From the human T2T-CHM13v2.0 reference genome, Homo sapiens, in assembly GCF_009914755.1 (NCBI RefSeq), contig NC_060942.1: a DNA stretch of 64,000 nt. One strand, written 5' to 3'. Below are positions 25,576 through 41,130 of the stretch, in pieces; position 1 is the stretch's first letter; every line of letters starts with the position of its first letter. The notes under the pieces were generated by a model, which was given only the letters and a program-made list of their open reading frames with translations, was not told where the DNA came from and did no database searches. The translations under genes and the position numbers were made by a program.

Positions 25576-27061
25576 ATAAGTCAACTTTTTCAAAGACCTC
25601 ATGGAATAAATGAACAGGCTAATATATAATTCTGGATTTTCCTTGATTAACCTGTAAATTAGGTGGATCATAATTCCTGGCACTCAGATCACCAGCAAAT
25701 CTCTTTTGTTTTTCATTTTATTATTGTAACTTACAGAACAGTATTTATATACCAATACCACATATTCATATACTTGTATCCCCAGATTCCTCTAAAACTG
25801 GACAAAAGGAGATCCAGTTGGGTCTATGGGAGATTCCAAACTATTCTTGTGAAATTTAAAGTTTTTAAAAGTAACAAAAAGAGTCCATAGATAATTCTTT
25901 TTGAGTTCTAAAACCTCACTTCTTTATGTCTGCTTTCCTGTCTTTTAGAAATTATAGTATTGTATCATAGAATGAATTCTGAAATTGGAGCAAGAATGCC
26001 AAGTAGCTTGAGTTTTAAAACTGGTTCTGCTGCTAACTGGGTGACTTTAGAGATGTTATTAACATCCTTCATCAACATCCTTCAAATTGAGTTTTTTCAT
26101 CTGTCAAATAGAGAAAGCGAAGTCTGACAAGAGTTACAAGATCAGATAACATCTGTGTACATCTTTATGACTGTAGGACGTACAGTGATGTCCTAAGACT
26201 TGTTTAATGATCTGCTTCATATAGGGCTGCAGTTGACTATTATAGGATGTGGTTTCCTGCAACATGCCTGATTTTGAAGAAGGGTGATCTACACACTGGG
26301 AATGAAGCCACAGAGCATGTATGTTACATGTAGCTGCTGGCTATATATGTCCACGTCAGCCACACACTCCCTTCTGCTCCTCAGAACCTTAAAGTTCTCC
26401 TCATGGCTGGGGAACAGTGATGTGCTCCAGGGCTCCAAGCAATGGATTCCTCAGCAGACATTGCTCTGTGAAATCAAAAGGCAGGTTTTCTTTTCTTTTG
26501 TTTTTTTCTTCTAGAATTCTGTATAATCTTGCCTGCACTCTCTCTCAGGAAATGATTATTACCACATTATTACATAATTGTGATTAGTTATTAAGTAGCT
26601 TTTTATCTTATCCAATCATACAACCCCAAATTGGAAGAGCCTGCACAGTCATTTTCTTAAAACATCCCAGGGCAGAATTTCCACTACTAGCACACAAAGG
26701 AGAAATCTATTTATCCTTTTGTTGTTTTAATAAACATAAGTTCATTAGTGAGAGCCCAAACCAAAAAAGGAAGGAGGGGAGTGGGAGGAAGTACTCCTAA
26801 TGTTAACCACCCTCATGCAACTATTACAAAAACTATTTTTATTATTGTGTAAAGTTCTTCTTGTCTGTATTTACATTCAACAATGTCTTACATAAAATGT
26901 TCCCTTAGCATTTGTAATGTTCCCTTTATCCAGCTTAATGTCTCTAGCTTTGGGGTCTTTGCCTGTGCCTTCTCTCGGTCTTCTATCCTGGATGTCCTAG
27001 TTGATTCAAGCTTGGACTTTGTCTTGTCTCAGGTTCTTGGTATGCAAAATGTGTGGTTCAC

Positions 27062-27340
27062 CTGTGTGTGGTGGCTCATGCCTATAATGCCAGCATTTTG
27101 GGAGGCTCAGGCAAGAGGATTTATTGAGGTTAGAAGTTCAAGACCAGCCTGGGCAACATAGTGAGACCCTATGTTTACCAAAAAATTTTGAAAAAATTGC
27201 CAGGCATGGTGCCGTACTTATAGTTCCAGATGCTTGGAAGGCTGAGGCAGGAGGATCACTTGAACCTGGGTGTTCAAGGCAGCAGGGAGCTATGATCACG
27301 CTACTGCACTACAGCTTGGGAAGCAGAGTGAGACATTCCC
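27062..27340 (+). mobile_element. AluJ (diverged), followed by MER5A at ~27365-27520
   Basis: Diverged sense dimer. Downstream gcatcagcatcacctgggag...cagaatctgcacttt. Confidence 0.85.
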
Positions 27341-28369
27341 TCTCTCTCTGTCTTTTTTTTTTTAAGTTGTGGTCCATTGACCAGTGGCATCAGCATCACC
27401 TGGGAGCATCTCATAAATGCAGAACCTCAGGGTCTTCTGCAGACATTCTCATTCAGAATCTGCACTTTAGGAGGATCCCCCGGTAATCTGTTGTTTGGCA
27501 TTAATATTTGAGAAACATTGATATGGAAAGCCTTTCCTAACCTCCTAACCATGGTCTCCACCCATCTCAATGGGGTGAGTTAGGTGGCCCATATTTGGTT
27601 TGCTTTTCATCCCCCTTGCATGGCAATCCATTGAAGATTGCAATAAACTTTCATTCATTTCCACATCCCCAGATTCTAGCACAGTGCTTGACACAAGATT
27701 TTAACTTTGGGAATTGTTTCATTTTCCAATACAATGATTTGTAGATGAAGAATTGCAATGAGAATCTTCTTGTGCACTCAGAAAGGTTGCTCTCCACCAT
27801 GGGACTACAGTTTGTTAGAGGGTCCCCTTTCGTTGCAGTCTTTCTTATAAAAAACATGCTTGGTGGGGAATGCTTCTCTGTGAATAACTTCTGGAAGTCC
27901 ACTGCCAAAAACTTCATTTCTTCTGCTTTGTTAAATACTAATACCTCTGGGAGGGATGGCATTTGAGGCTTGGTGTGAGGGTTGACCAGTTGGCAGGTTT
28001 TGGTAAGGGTTTAGAAGGAACAGAATGCTTGTCTGACAGGAGAGGGTAAGGAACACTAGGAAAGATATATGGTGGACTCTTGGAGAATTGATTTCTAACT
28101 CTGACAGGTGTTGGGATATTTTTGTCTGGAATCTTAATGTAGGTCATTTTTTTTCATTTAGAAAAATCCACACTTCTTATCTAAAAATCTCAGATGTGAC
28201 TTTTTTCTCCAATCCTGACTCTCATCTATGATAAATTTCATCTAGCGCTACGTTCAGTGTAAACCACTGATGCCCTAGGGAATTTTTTTAGATGTTTGTT
28301 TTAAAATTTTAGACAGTCAAAAGCACAGTACTTCTACACTGATGTTTCTAAGTTATATTAAGATTTATC

Positions 28370-28510
28370 AGGCTGGGCATGGTGACTCATGCCTATAATC
28401 CCAACACTTTGGCAGGACAAGGCAGAAGGATCGCTTGAGGCCAGGAAATCAAGGCCAGCCTGGACAATATACTGAGACTCCATCTCTATAAAAAGAAACA
28501 CACAAAAAAT
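28370..28510 (+). mobile_element. FLAM / Alu left monomer
   Basis: ggctgggcatggtgactcatgcc...catctctataaaaag. Confidence 0.85.
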
Positions 28511-28644
28511 TAAGCAATAACTGAACTATAGGGAGCTTTCGCTGTATTCATGGATCCCTTGGTCTTTTCATTGTGGAAGGAATGTTTTGTGAACTTGGGG
28601 ACAGATAATCTGATGGGGGGAGGATCAGCTCCTGAGCCTCTGCT

Positions 28645-28975
28645 TTTTGTTTTTCAACTTCTATTTTAGATTCAGGGGGGCACATGCAGATTTGTTACAA
28701 TGGTATATTGCATGATGCTGAGGTTCGAGGTACAACTGAACACATCACCCTGGTAATGAGCATAGTATCCAACAGGTAGTTTTTCAACCCTTGTCCACCT
28801 CCTCCTGCCTCTTTCCTCCCCTCTCTTCCTCTTCTCTCTCTCTCCCAATTCCCTTTTGTAGTCCCCAGTGTCCATTGTTCCCGTCTTTACGTCTATGTGT
28901 ACCCACTGTTTAGCTCCCACTTCTAAGTGAGAGTGTGCATCATTTGGTTTTCTGTTTCTGTGTTCGTTCACTGAG
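28645..28975 (-). mobile_element. L1PA/PB 3' end fragment
   Basis: ttcaacttctattttagattcagggg...tttagctcccacttctaagtgagag. Confidence 0.85.
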
Positions 28976-30744
28976 CCTGTTTTGAGTAACAGGAGAGACC
29001 GAGTAGAGCTTTGGAACCAAGTTGTGCTCAGAAACAAGAAACGTCTGTCCTACAGAACTATTATTTGCCTTATTTGAAAGGAACGAGAGGCTCCTGGTAC
29101 TGCTTACCCACAGCTCTCACAATTAGCCACACAGACTGCAAGACTAAAGGGAGTATAATCATATTCCAGAATGCGTGGCCTTTTTTCTCCTCTTGGGAGT
29201 CTACCGCTATATTATACTTACCCATCACCATGGACACAGCTCCAGGAGCATTGTGAATTGGAGTTAGGTTCATCTCTTTTGTGGAAGAGTATGTCAGGCT
29301 GTCTTTCTGGAATCTCTTATCTGAGTGTCTGTGATGATGCTATTCATGGTAATTTGCCCAGACCTGGGACCTTGGGTGGGGTTTGTTAGGAGTCATCTGG
29401 CACCTTTAGAGTATAACTTGTTGAGCAATCTGACGCAGGTAAGCCATGCGGGATAGGTAAAACAATTGTTGTGTTCTGTGCTCTATAATATCAAGTCATA
29501 TTTTGAGTCATATTTTCCCATGGAGTTTGTGGCCCATCCCAATGGGAAGAGATTTTTAACACTATGTTCTTGTGAGGCCTAGTGGTGTTTTAAGGGTTGC
29601 TATTGGAATCTGAAAGCTGTGTGAATTTTTTCGTTTTTTATGTTTTGGGTTTTCTTTTAACATTAAAGAATGATTCATAGCCCTGAGCTTTGTTACCACC
29701 CTGTTAATAATTTTGTGTGACTTTGGTTGAGCGACTTTTGGACGCTGATTTCTCTAGCTGAAAAATTATGTAAATATTGTTACTATCATGAGTAGAGGCT
29801 CTAGAGATTAAAAAAATTAAAACAGCAAAAGTATTACAGACAAGTAAAATTAGAGAAATGATAAAGTGGAGACAGCAATAGCTACTAAAATATTCAAAAG
29901 AAAACATGAAGTAAGACAAAGAATGGTTGTCTCCAACTACCCCTCTTAGTTCAAAGTCTGTGCAATGATCTTCACTCAAAACTTTTGCAAGTTGAGCACA
30001 TCATTCTTATTGTTCTTTATTATATGAACAATAAGTTAATTTGAACTGATTGTCAAGGGACCTAGTTCTTGCCCCAGCTGTGCTTAAAGTACAATCTAAG
30101 CCAACTCAATTCACTTTTGTGACCTCTGGTCTCATAATAAAATGAAAGCATCCTACATAACTTTACCCATCCACTCTCCACAAAATATCCCAGTGCTGTG
30201 AAAGGTGTTTGTTAATTCATTTTCTTATAATAAAATATAATAGAAAATAGAGTGGGAACTATATTTTTTTCCTTTGGGGAATCCATAAATTACATTTTAA
30301 ACGTGAGGAAAACATGCAGTTTTGATAGTCCATTAGCACATTGAATTCTTTAAATTGGAATAGGCAGATGCAGTGATAAGTTTAAACATCCATTTAACAT
30401 ATGGAGAATGCCATTATAGCTGTTCAAAATACGAAAGCGGTGTGATTTCCGGCAGATCAGACACATTTTAAAAAGCACCCACTCAGAAAACTTCCTGAGC
30501 TCACGTTTCCCTGTGCATGTGGTTTTTAGTGTTGGGTTGTCTCTCCCTCATAGGCTGACAAATAAAGAGTCCATATATCATATCCCATTAGCGATAAGGG
30601 AAGACATGGAAAAAGCAGAACCACTGATGGAGCCCAGGAGTGAGTTGGATTGTGCTGCCTCAAAATACAGGTCAAGACACTAAGGCCTGAATCTTGTGAT
30701 TTTGTGCTACTGCACAATTACTGGACACTGATTTATTTATAAAT

Positions 30745-31041
<297 letters not shown>

Positions 31042-33831
31042 TGATACAGCACCTGCCTGAGGCACTAGATCATGCAAGAACAAGAAGAAAATAGACTTAA
31101 AACACAGGGAGTGAACCAACTATAACAACCTTTTCTTTGAGCCTAATCAAAGGGACTTCCCCTTTTTAAGACTGTAGTTGAGTCATGCTTGTGAGTATAG
31201 AAAGACCATACATCAACAGTTGTGAACAGAAGTCGGAATCATTTCTTCTCTTATGGCCCTGGCACCTAAAAGTTAATGCCAAATGATGCCCAAAGAGGGG
31301 TCTGTGATGAGCAAAGCCTTCTCCTGGCCAGGCCGTGGTGTTACTGTACTCTGGACCAGAGGTACAGCTCCATGACACTTTCTCACTCCTGATGGGAACA
31401 AATGAAGCTAGTTGTGTTCTACCCATTTTGAATGTCTGGCATAATCAGAGGGTTGACAGAGAGGGTCTCACAAAATCAGTACATAATTCTTGAAATATAT
31501 GCCCTTCATTATTTATGCCGAATAACAAATTAAATGAATCCTAGTGTTTTAGAGCTGAGAGCAACCTTGGAGATGATCTCATTTAATGCCATTTTATAGA
31601 GGAAAAACTGAGGCATGGATTTTCTTTTTTTTTTTTTTTTTTACTGAAACCACTAGTAATTGCAAAGTTTTAAACGTTTATAGCACATCATTTGCTTTTG
31701 ACATTGCTTTGCAGATCATCTGAGCTGCTTCCTGGCTCTCCAGTACATTGTACTAACTGGGAGGATGGGGAGACATTTGCTGTCCCCATGGGGAATGAAA
31801 AAGGAAACCATGTGGGATGGGGAGGGGCAAGAAAGAAGAAAAACAAGCTTCTCTAGGCTCCAAAAAATTTGAAGGAAATAAAGATATTAAGCACTTGTTA
31901 GATGAAGTGATAGCTACAAAACACGTAATCTGTACAACAATCTTATGAGCACTATTCAACATTAAGCTAACAGAAGAAGTCTCAGTTGTGGTCAAAAAAT
32001 AGTTTTGTTTTTTGGCTTCTGTTTTTTGCTTTTTTTTTTTTCTTTTCCTAGGCTGCCAACCTTAGAGAAATGATGGTCAAACTGGGGCTGCCAAGGTCAT
32101 GTATTACAGAAGAGGCAGCAAAAAAGGCCTTGGCAGGGCCAGAAAGGCCAGAGAAGGTCCTGTTCCAAGGATTTCTTGGGGCCCTTTTCATCGAGGCCGC
32201 ATCCACGTGATCCCTGAAGATAGGTATTCCCTCCCATTCTGTTTAAGCTGTTAGTTTTCCCTAGATTTAATTCTATTGTAATATTTTATATCCCTATAAT
32301 CAGGAGATATTTTCAAATTCAATAATAATAATGATAAATTTAATAAGTATTTTCCATGTACATAGAAATTTATAGTTGCTAAAGAATTTTTATATGTAAC
32401 AGCAGCTCTTTAAGGAGCTGTACTTTACAGAAAACTGTAAAAACTGGGTCCCAGAGTTTAAGTGGCATGCCCAAAGTCACATAATTGGGAAAACCTCAAA
32501 CCCAGGGGATGATACCCCAAGTCCCAATGCTCTTTATACCAGGCAGCTTTACAAATGATAGTTGAATTCTCAGGGTAGCCCTCAAAGATCCCTTTAACCC
32601 ATAAAAGTATTAACTTATACCAGTATCTTAACCTCTAACCAACTCATATTTCCATAGAAACATGCATTGGGTTTTAAAAACTTAGGTAAATACATTTTCT
32701 GGACACATCTCCCTGTAGGTGAGGACTCCTGATATTCTAGCATCAGTGGGCGCTTCTTTTCCCTCAGTTTGAAAATGCAAGTGCACCAAGAGAGGAATGT
32801 TATTATAAATATGGGCAATCTCAAATTCATTTTGAGCCTGACACTTTTAGGCAGAATAATGGTCCCAGTATGGTATACAGTTGTGGAATCAAGTAATGCA
32901 GTTTTTAAGTTTTTTAGCTCATTGTTTGCTAGTCACAGAATTTGGCAGGACATCCAAGCATCTTCCTATCTCTCAAGCACACTGGATATATGTGTGGCAG
33001 CTTCATCTGATCCAATTGCCTACACAAGAAAATAACAGTGGCTTCACTGAGGGTGCTCATGTAACAAGATCCAGAGACAGCCATTTGAGTCAGCAGAGGA
33101 AAAAATAACAAATTTTTGTTAAAACACTCTCTAATGCATTTGCACAAACTAGTTAATCAATTAAATACATATCATCTTCAAAAGGGGAGAACTTCCCTAA
33201 GAACCTGGAACTCTGGGTGAGTATGTTACCACTGGGGGCTAGGAATAATTGCAGGAAGGAGGAGCAAGAAAAAAGTGGTGTGCACCAAGGATGGACTTCA
33301 CATCCTTAGTTTTGCTTGCTTGGGGGTAAGGTCTAAGCTATATGTTTGTGTCCATTGTTTGGTAGTAAGGTCTAAGCTATACATTAGTTTATCTCAGTTG
33401 GGATCATGTGAGTGAATGGCTCCTTTACCAAGCGCATGTTAATCTGTCACCATAGCAGATTCTAGAAAGAGCCTGAAGCACAGAGAGTGTGTGTGTGTGC
33501 CTTGCAACTCAAGGTGTGGTCTTTAGACCAGCAGCATCACCTAGAAGATTTTAGAAAGGCGGATTCTCACACCCCTCAACGGCTAGACGTACTGAATCAT
33601 AACCTGCATTGTAACAAAATTCCCAGGTGATTCATAAAGTCAGGAAAGCGCTGTCACAGATGAACCTGATAGTTAAAATGCTTGTTTTCCTCTAATTTTC
33701 AGAATGAGAAAAACAAATGATCTTCAAACTCTATATGCTCCCCAAGAAAACAGCGGTCGGGAATTTTTCCACCCCTGCTGTCAATATCATTGCCTTCACA
33801 GCCCTGTGATATGATTATTTTGTGTTTATTA

Positions 33832-34080
33832 CCTCGGCGGTCCTAAACCTTTTTGGCACCAGGGACCAGTTTTGTGGAAGACAATTTTTCCATAGACTGG
33901 GGGTAGGGTGGAGGATGAGGGATGGTTTCGGGATGAAACTGTTCCACCTCAGATCATCAAGCATTAGATTCTCATAAGCAGCGGGCAACCTAGATCCCTC
34001 ATGTGCACGGTTCACAATAGTGTTCGCACTCCTATGAGAATCTAATGCTGCAGCTGATCTGACAGGAGGCAGAGCTTAAG
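33832..34080. mobile_element. MER1B hAT element
   Basis: aacctttttggcaccagggaccagttttgtggaagacaatttttcc...ctcctatgagaatctaatgc. Confidence 0.85.
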
Positions 34081-34714
34081 TGGTTACCCAACTAGACTTA
34101 AGTCCTGGGTGGCTGTTCTGTGTCTTGTTCACCCTTAGAATCCCAGCACCCAACATGGTACCTGGAATCTAATAGGTGTGTATGGTGGTACTCAAGAGTC
34201 CCAGCTTCAAAGTACAACAAACATGGGTTGGAAGCTTCAGTTCATACATCTATGAGATGGGATAAAGAATAACACCTCTTATAGGGTTATTGGGAGGAGT
34301 AAATGAGCTGATGCACCAGAGCCCCTGATGTACTGTAGCTACTCATAAGTGGCTAATATGTTGAACAAATGAAAGAATAGAAACCTTGTATACGAAGTCT
34401 TCAGAGGTCTGAAATGTGGTGCCCTGTTGCTTCAAATATATGAAATTGAATTTAAAAACAATATGCAAAGGAAGCCTGATAAACATAAGAAAACGGTAGA
34501 ATAGATCCATGAGAAAAGCCTGTGATTTGGAATCACAAGACCAGTGTTTGGGTTTCAACTCTCCCCTTTACTAGCTGTGTGATCTCATGCAAGAAACAAG
34601 CTTCCTGAGCCTCAGTTTCTTCACCTAAAGAGTGGAGTTAGTAATCCTCTTCTTTTCATGGCGTTATGCTTAAAAAAGGGGGATGGGAGGTTTACAACTT
34701 GCAACATTCATTCA

Positions 34715-34773
34715 TTATTCATTTTTGTATCCCTTATTCATTTTTGTATCCTCCTTATTCATTTTTGTATCCC
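34715..34773. repeat. 3-copy tandem repeat of ~19-21 bp
   Basis: ttattcatttttgtatcc repeated three times. Confidence 0.9.
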
Positions 34774-35156
34774 TACCTCTCCTGACAAATAGTGATGCTC
34801 AATAATGCCTGTTTGCTCCAATGGATTACAGCATAAACTCTCAAGGGGAATGAAAATTGGATATTGCAATGGCTTGTGGCCTCCAAAGGTTAAACTTTAT
34901 GGACAAAATCTTATTCCATAGCATTTAGGGGATCCTAAAGGATTTCTTAGCATCCTTAGGGGATACAAAGACTCCTTGTGAGTGGGGAGGAGGAGTGAGG
35001 AAGATGATTTTTAAAAACTTTGAGAAGCACAATTAGAGCTCTGACTCTTCAACTTGGTACCACATGAGAGCTCTTCAGGAAAAAGCATAAGGAGAGAAAA
35101 GCAGCTAACTAAAAGGCAAGCAGAGTGAACCTCTAGAAGAAGTAATAAAAGAATTA

Positions 35157-35460
<304 letters not shown>

Positions 35461-35743
35461 TCAAAATGAATTACACTTTCAAGATCTGGGTGATGTGATA
35501 TATATAAAATAATTTTGCAAAACTAAGAGCTATAAACAAGTATAATTACTAAAGGAAAAGCCTTTAAGAAATATTTTCAAGTTGTATATGTTACCTGGAT
35601 TTATTTCCATTAATATATTGATTTCCCCAGTAGTTGTTTTAATCCCTGACAGTGTAATTGGGGTATCGGCTCCACAACTTCACTGGGATATTTCCCAGTT
35701 GAGTGGAATTTAGCATGAATTTTTTTTCTATCAAGGAATTTAG

Positions 35744-36432
<689 letters not shown>

Positions 36433-38571
36433 CGGACTTGGCCAAAAATGTTAAAATATAATTTGAAAAGATTTCCACAGAGCACAATACAGGGCAAAAG
36501 GTCACAGTAGCCCTTGATACCCAATGTCTTTTCAGCCCTTTTGCTACTGTCAGTCTTACTTAGATTTCACATGTAACCCTTAGTATGTTACTGTGTTCCT
36601 TCTTTGCATGGTCAAAGGAATTACAGACTATAAAAACAGCAAGCATGGAAAGCAGGGCTTTAGTTTCCACTGTGACCCAAACACTAAACTTGAACCCTGG
36701 GCTCTGAAATGAAACCTCTCTCTGTGCTACTTTGACACGTAACATGCATTCTGCCACGTAACATGCATTCTCCCACATTTCATTATTAATTGCACACATG
36801 AGGAGAGGAGCTATTCTATGCTTACGACTCTATTTTCAAAAATATCTGATTAAAAATGGATAAAAGGATAAGTGAAAATAATGTAATTATAGAAACACTT
36901 TACAGAACTATAATATATGTGTTATTTCCCATATATGTAGTTTTGTCTCATGTAATTTTTTGAAAGAATTTTACTTTTGTACATTGAGCACTATAAATAT
37001 TCTATTCTAAAATAGAAAGGGCAATCTTAAAAAATATTTTAATTCTGATTCACATGGAAAGTAGCAGATGGATAAATGATGATTCCAAGAAGAAAGGGCT
37101 AGGCTACATTTGTACGAAAAGAACTGAATTTTTATTTTATTGTAACTATCATTTTAGGTATTTTCTGGGGATTATCTTTTATTTTTATAGAAACCTAAAT
37201 CATATGACCATCAGTTTATAACATCATTACCATTCTTAATATATACCACCCAAATCCATTTAGCAGTGAGCTATAATTTTTTTGAAGTCCTTAAATATAC
37301 AATATGGGTCATTTGGTAGTTTGTCTTTCTGAAGGAGAAGAATGAGTTGTACCAGACTTAACCCAAGATTCAGTGTAATCTGACCTCCTTTACTTGCCAG
37401 ATACGCTCATTTGGTTTTTGGTTTCCCTGTTGTGTGCTCAGCTCTGTGCTTCCTGGCAGTCTTGCCCTGGGGAAGTTGCACAGGAGAGGGGAGGCAGTCT
37501 GGGCCTCCCCTCTGCTGCCCCTAGAGAAGGCCCTGAGCCCAACCCAAGACCATTAATTGAGGCAGTGCGTGGCGGCGGAGGCAGAGCTCTCTGAAAGATT
37601 AATATCTAGTAGGCTCCACCTCAGGATTAATGGCCTGTGACCTTCTGCTAATGCTGCAAGCTGCTTTATTCCTAGAAAGCTATGGACCTCCCACACTAAA
37701 GAATGTGATCTACAACTGAAGGGATTCAATATCTCAAAGTGGCCATGGGGAGTTTGGAATTCAGGATACAGCTTATTCTGGAGATCCAAAGACAGCTTAG
37801 TAAACTCCCTAGATGAAAACTTGGGCTCAGGCCCCAGTAGTGTTCTCTTCTTGGAAAAGCTGTGAACAGCTGGGGAGGTAGTAATGCTGTCTCTTTGTGA
37901 GGAGGATGCTTTAACCTTGTGTTGACCAGAAGCCTCACTGGTTAAACACATAGCAATGAAGAAAGAATGAAATCTTCTTTCGATGGCATGGCATGATTTG
38001 AAATATTTTTACAAACATATTTTTCATTCTGATATATCTTTCATGTTCCTGTAGATTTTGTGGCCAGACATGAAAGTAGCAGTCTTTGCCAGAGGATGGG
38101 GGGACTCCCTAGCTAGGATAGAGGTTCTGCTGCTATGCCTTGGACATGGGATGCTGGAATTCTGGATTTGTTTGTCAAAGAAAGAGGATTTGACATTTCT
38201 AGAGGATGGGGAAAATGGACCTTTGTAGAAACAGAGAATGTGCTTTGTTAAAGAGTCATGACTCTTATCCTAACAAAGATATTTGGTCTTTTCAATGAAA
38301 ACAAAACCAACAAACAAGCAGAGCCATAAGCCAGAGAAAGCAGCTGGCTTATGGCTGCTCATTTCTGAGGAGCTGCCCTAGTGCTCACAATGGCTAAAGA
38401 ATAAAAGTCAGTATGATCTTTCCAAACGCGAAGGGGGATTTTGCAAGTTCCTCTGTGTGTGTTGGCGATTAAAATTCTGTCGTTATTTAGTGTATGGTCC
38501 AGTTTTGAATACAGAACACCTGCCTTGTCATCCATAAAATAGTACCACAAAGGATAAAATTCCACTCCATA

Positions 38572-38730
38572 CACGTACCTGTAGTCCCAGTGACTTGAGA
38601 TCAATCCGGAGGCAGGTGGATCACTGGATCCCAGGAGGTTGAGGGTGCAGTACATTGTGATTGTGCCTGTGAATAGCCTCTTGTACTCTAGCTTGGGCAT
38701 CACTGCAAGACCCCATTTGTAAAAATAAAT
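38572..38730 (+). mobile_element. FAM (fossil Alu monomer)
   Basis: Contains the FAM/7SL-specific gtgcctgtgaatagcc segment. Confidence 0.75.
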
Positions 38731-38845
38731 GTTAAATATTCCATTTCTATGCAAATAAATGTGGACATTTTATAAGATTTTGAAAATTCCTAGATAGTGT
38801 GAACTTAAGGGTATGAGAGATAAGTTAAAAAATACAGGATATATC

Positions 38846-39167
<322 letters not shown>

Positions 39168-39479
39168 CTATTTCAAACTCACTTCTGGTTTTGAATATGT
39201 GTATGGTGAATTTTAATGGATTAAGAAGGTACACGAGGGAGAAGGGAATAACAGCAAAGAAAATTCCAACATAGGCAACATTGGATAGCAGAACATTGGC
39301 AGTGGTTTCTGAATGCTAAGTTAGTGGGTGAGTTTTTTTTTTCTTGGATCTGTGCAAAATGGAGCAAACTCCTGGTCCATCTTGCCCACTGCTTTGGGGC
39401 TTTTGCTTTTCTTTGAAAAGGTAAGAAAATAAAACTAATGTATCTTGCTCAATTCTAGTTCCTGTCCAATTACCTGATT

Positions 39480-40700
39480 TAAAAATATATATATTTTGAG
39501 ATGATTGTACAGTAAGATGTAATTGTAAGAAATAATATAGAGAGATCCCATATATTCTTTATCTAATCTGCCATGGTAGCATCTTGCAAACTTACAGCAC
39601 AATGTCACAACCAGGATATTGATGTCAACACAATCAAGGTTCAGAACATTTCCATCACCACAAAAATATTTGTGTTGCCTTTTATAATCACACTCATTTC
39701 CCTCCAGCCCTCACCCCCTCCTCTTAACCCCTGGCAACCACTAATCTGTGCTCCATTTCTATAGTTTTCCCATTTTAAAAATGTTAGATAAATGGAATTA
39801 TGCAGTATATAACTTTTAAGGACTTTCTTTTCTCACTCAACCTAATTCTCTGGAGATTCATTCAGGTTGTTACTTTCTATCAATAGTTGGTTCCTTCTTA
39901 TTGCTGGGTAGTATTCTGAAGTTTGGATGCAGCACGGTTTGTTTAACCATTAACCTGTTGAAAGATACCTGGGTGGTTTCCAGTTTGGGGCTACTATGTA
40001 TAAAACTGCTATAAACAAATTTTCATTTCTCTGGGGTATACGCCAAAGTGAGCAATTGCTGGGTGATATGGTAGTTGCATGTTTAGCTTTTAAAACTACA
40101 AAACTGTTTTCCACAGTAGCTCTACCATTTTACATTCTCAGAAGCAATATATGAGTGATCTAGTTTCTTCAAACCCTCGCCAACATTTGGTGTTGTCGCT
40201 ATTTTTTATTTTAGCCATTCTGATAGGTATGTTGTGATGTCTCATGTAGTTTTAATTTTCTTTTATCTATAGGCTAATAATGTTGTATACCATTTAATAT
40301 TATTTGCTTTCCGTATATGTATATCCTCTTCAGTTAAATGTCTGTTCATATCTTTTTCCCATTTTCCGACTAAGTTGGTTTATTTGGTTGCATTTTGAGA
40401 ATTCTTTATTTTAGACACTAGTTCTTTGTCAGTTATTGGGCTTGCAAATACTTTCTTCTAGTTTATATCTTGTATTTACATCTGCTTCACATGGGCAAAA
40501 GTTTTTAATTTTGATGAAGTCCAATTTACCAATTTTTCCTCTTCCAGATTGTGTTTTTGGTGTCAAGGCTGAGAACAGTTTGCCAGCCCCGATCCTAAAG
40601 ATTTTCTCCTGTTTTTTGTTTTTTCTATAAGTTTTGTAGTCTTACATTTCACATTTATGCCATGATCCATTTTGAGTTCGTTTTTACGTAAAGTGTGAGA
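39480..40700 (-). mobile_element. Old L1M (L1MC/MD-class) 3' region
   Basis: cccctggcaaccactaatctg, ttagccattctgatagg, ttttgatgaagtccaattt. Confidence 0.85.
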
Positions 40701-40919
40701 CTTGCAGACAATGAGAGCTCTACTCCTGCCAAACACAGCAGGAGCAAGCTTTGCCTCACTCCTATCCCCACAAGCAAAGGCTGCATGGGAAGGCTAGACT
40801 TCTATCCTTGCAAGGCTGGGACTTCTTGAGCACCTACCACATGCTAGGTCCTGAACTTATGATGATGGAGTGAAAGCTCTCCAGGTATTTCGAATCTATG
40901 TCAAATGACTGCTATTAAG

Positions 40920-41130
40920 GTATTTTAGTGTGGACATACAGATGAAAGAGAAAGGAGATAGATACTGGTCTGCCAGACTCAATTAAAATCTATCCCTTTC
41001 TAGCTGCATGATATTGGGCAAATTGCCCCACTACTCTGAGCCTCTGTTTCTTCATTTATAATAAGATAGTTTTGAGGATTAAATTAGATAAAATATGTGA
41101 AATGACTGGTGCATAAGGTGTTCAATAAAT
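40920..41130 (+). mobile_element. MIR
   Basis: ctctgagcctctgtttcttcattt...gaggattaaattagat. Confidence 0.65.

Noticed and set aside
34715-34773. Short repeat array as a possible CRISPR-like structure
   Set aside because: No unique spacers and a eukaryotic intron. It is a simple tandem repeat.
38572-38730. Possible 7SL RNA gene
   Set aside because: Lacks the full S domain and is diverged, so it is a FAM monomer.
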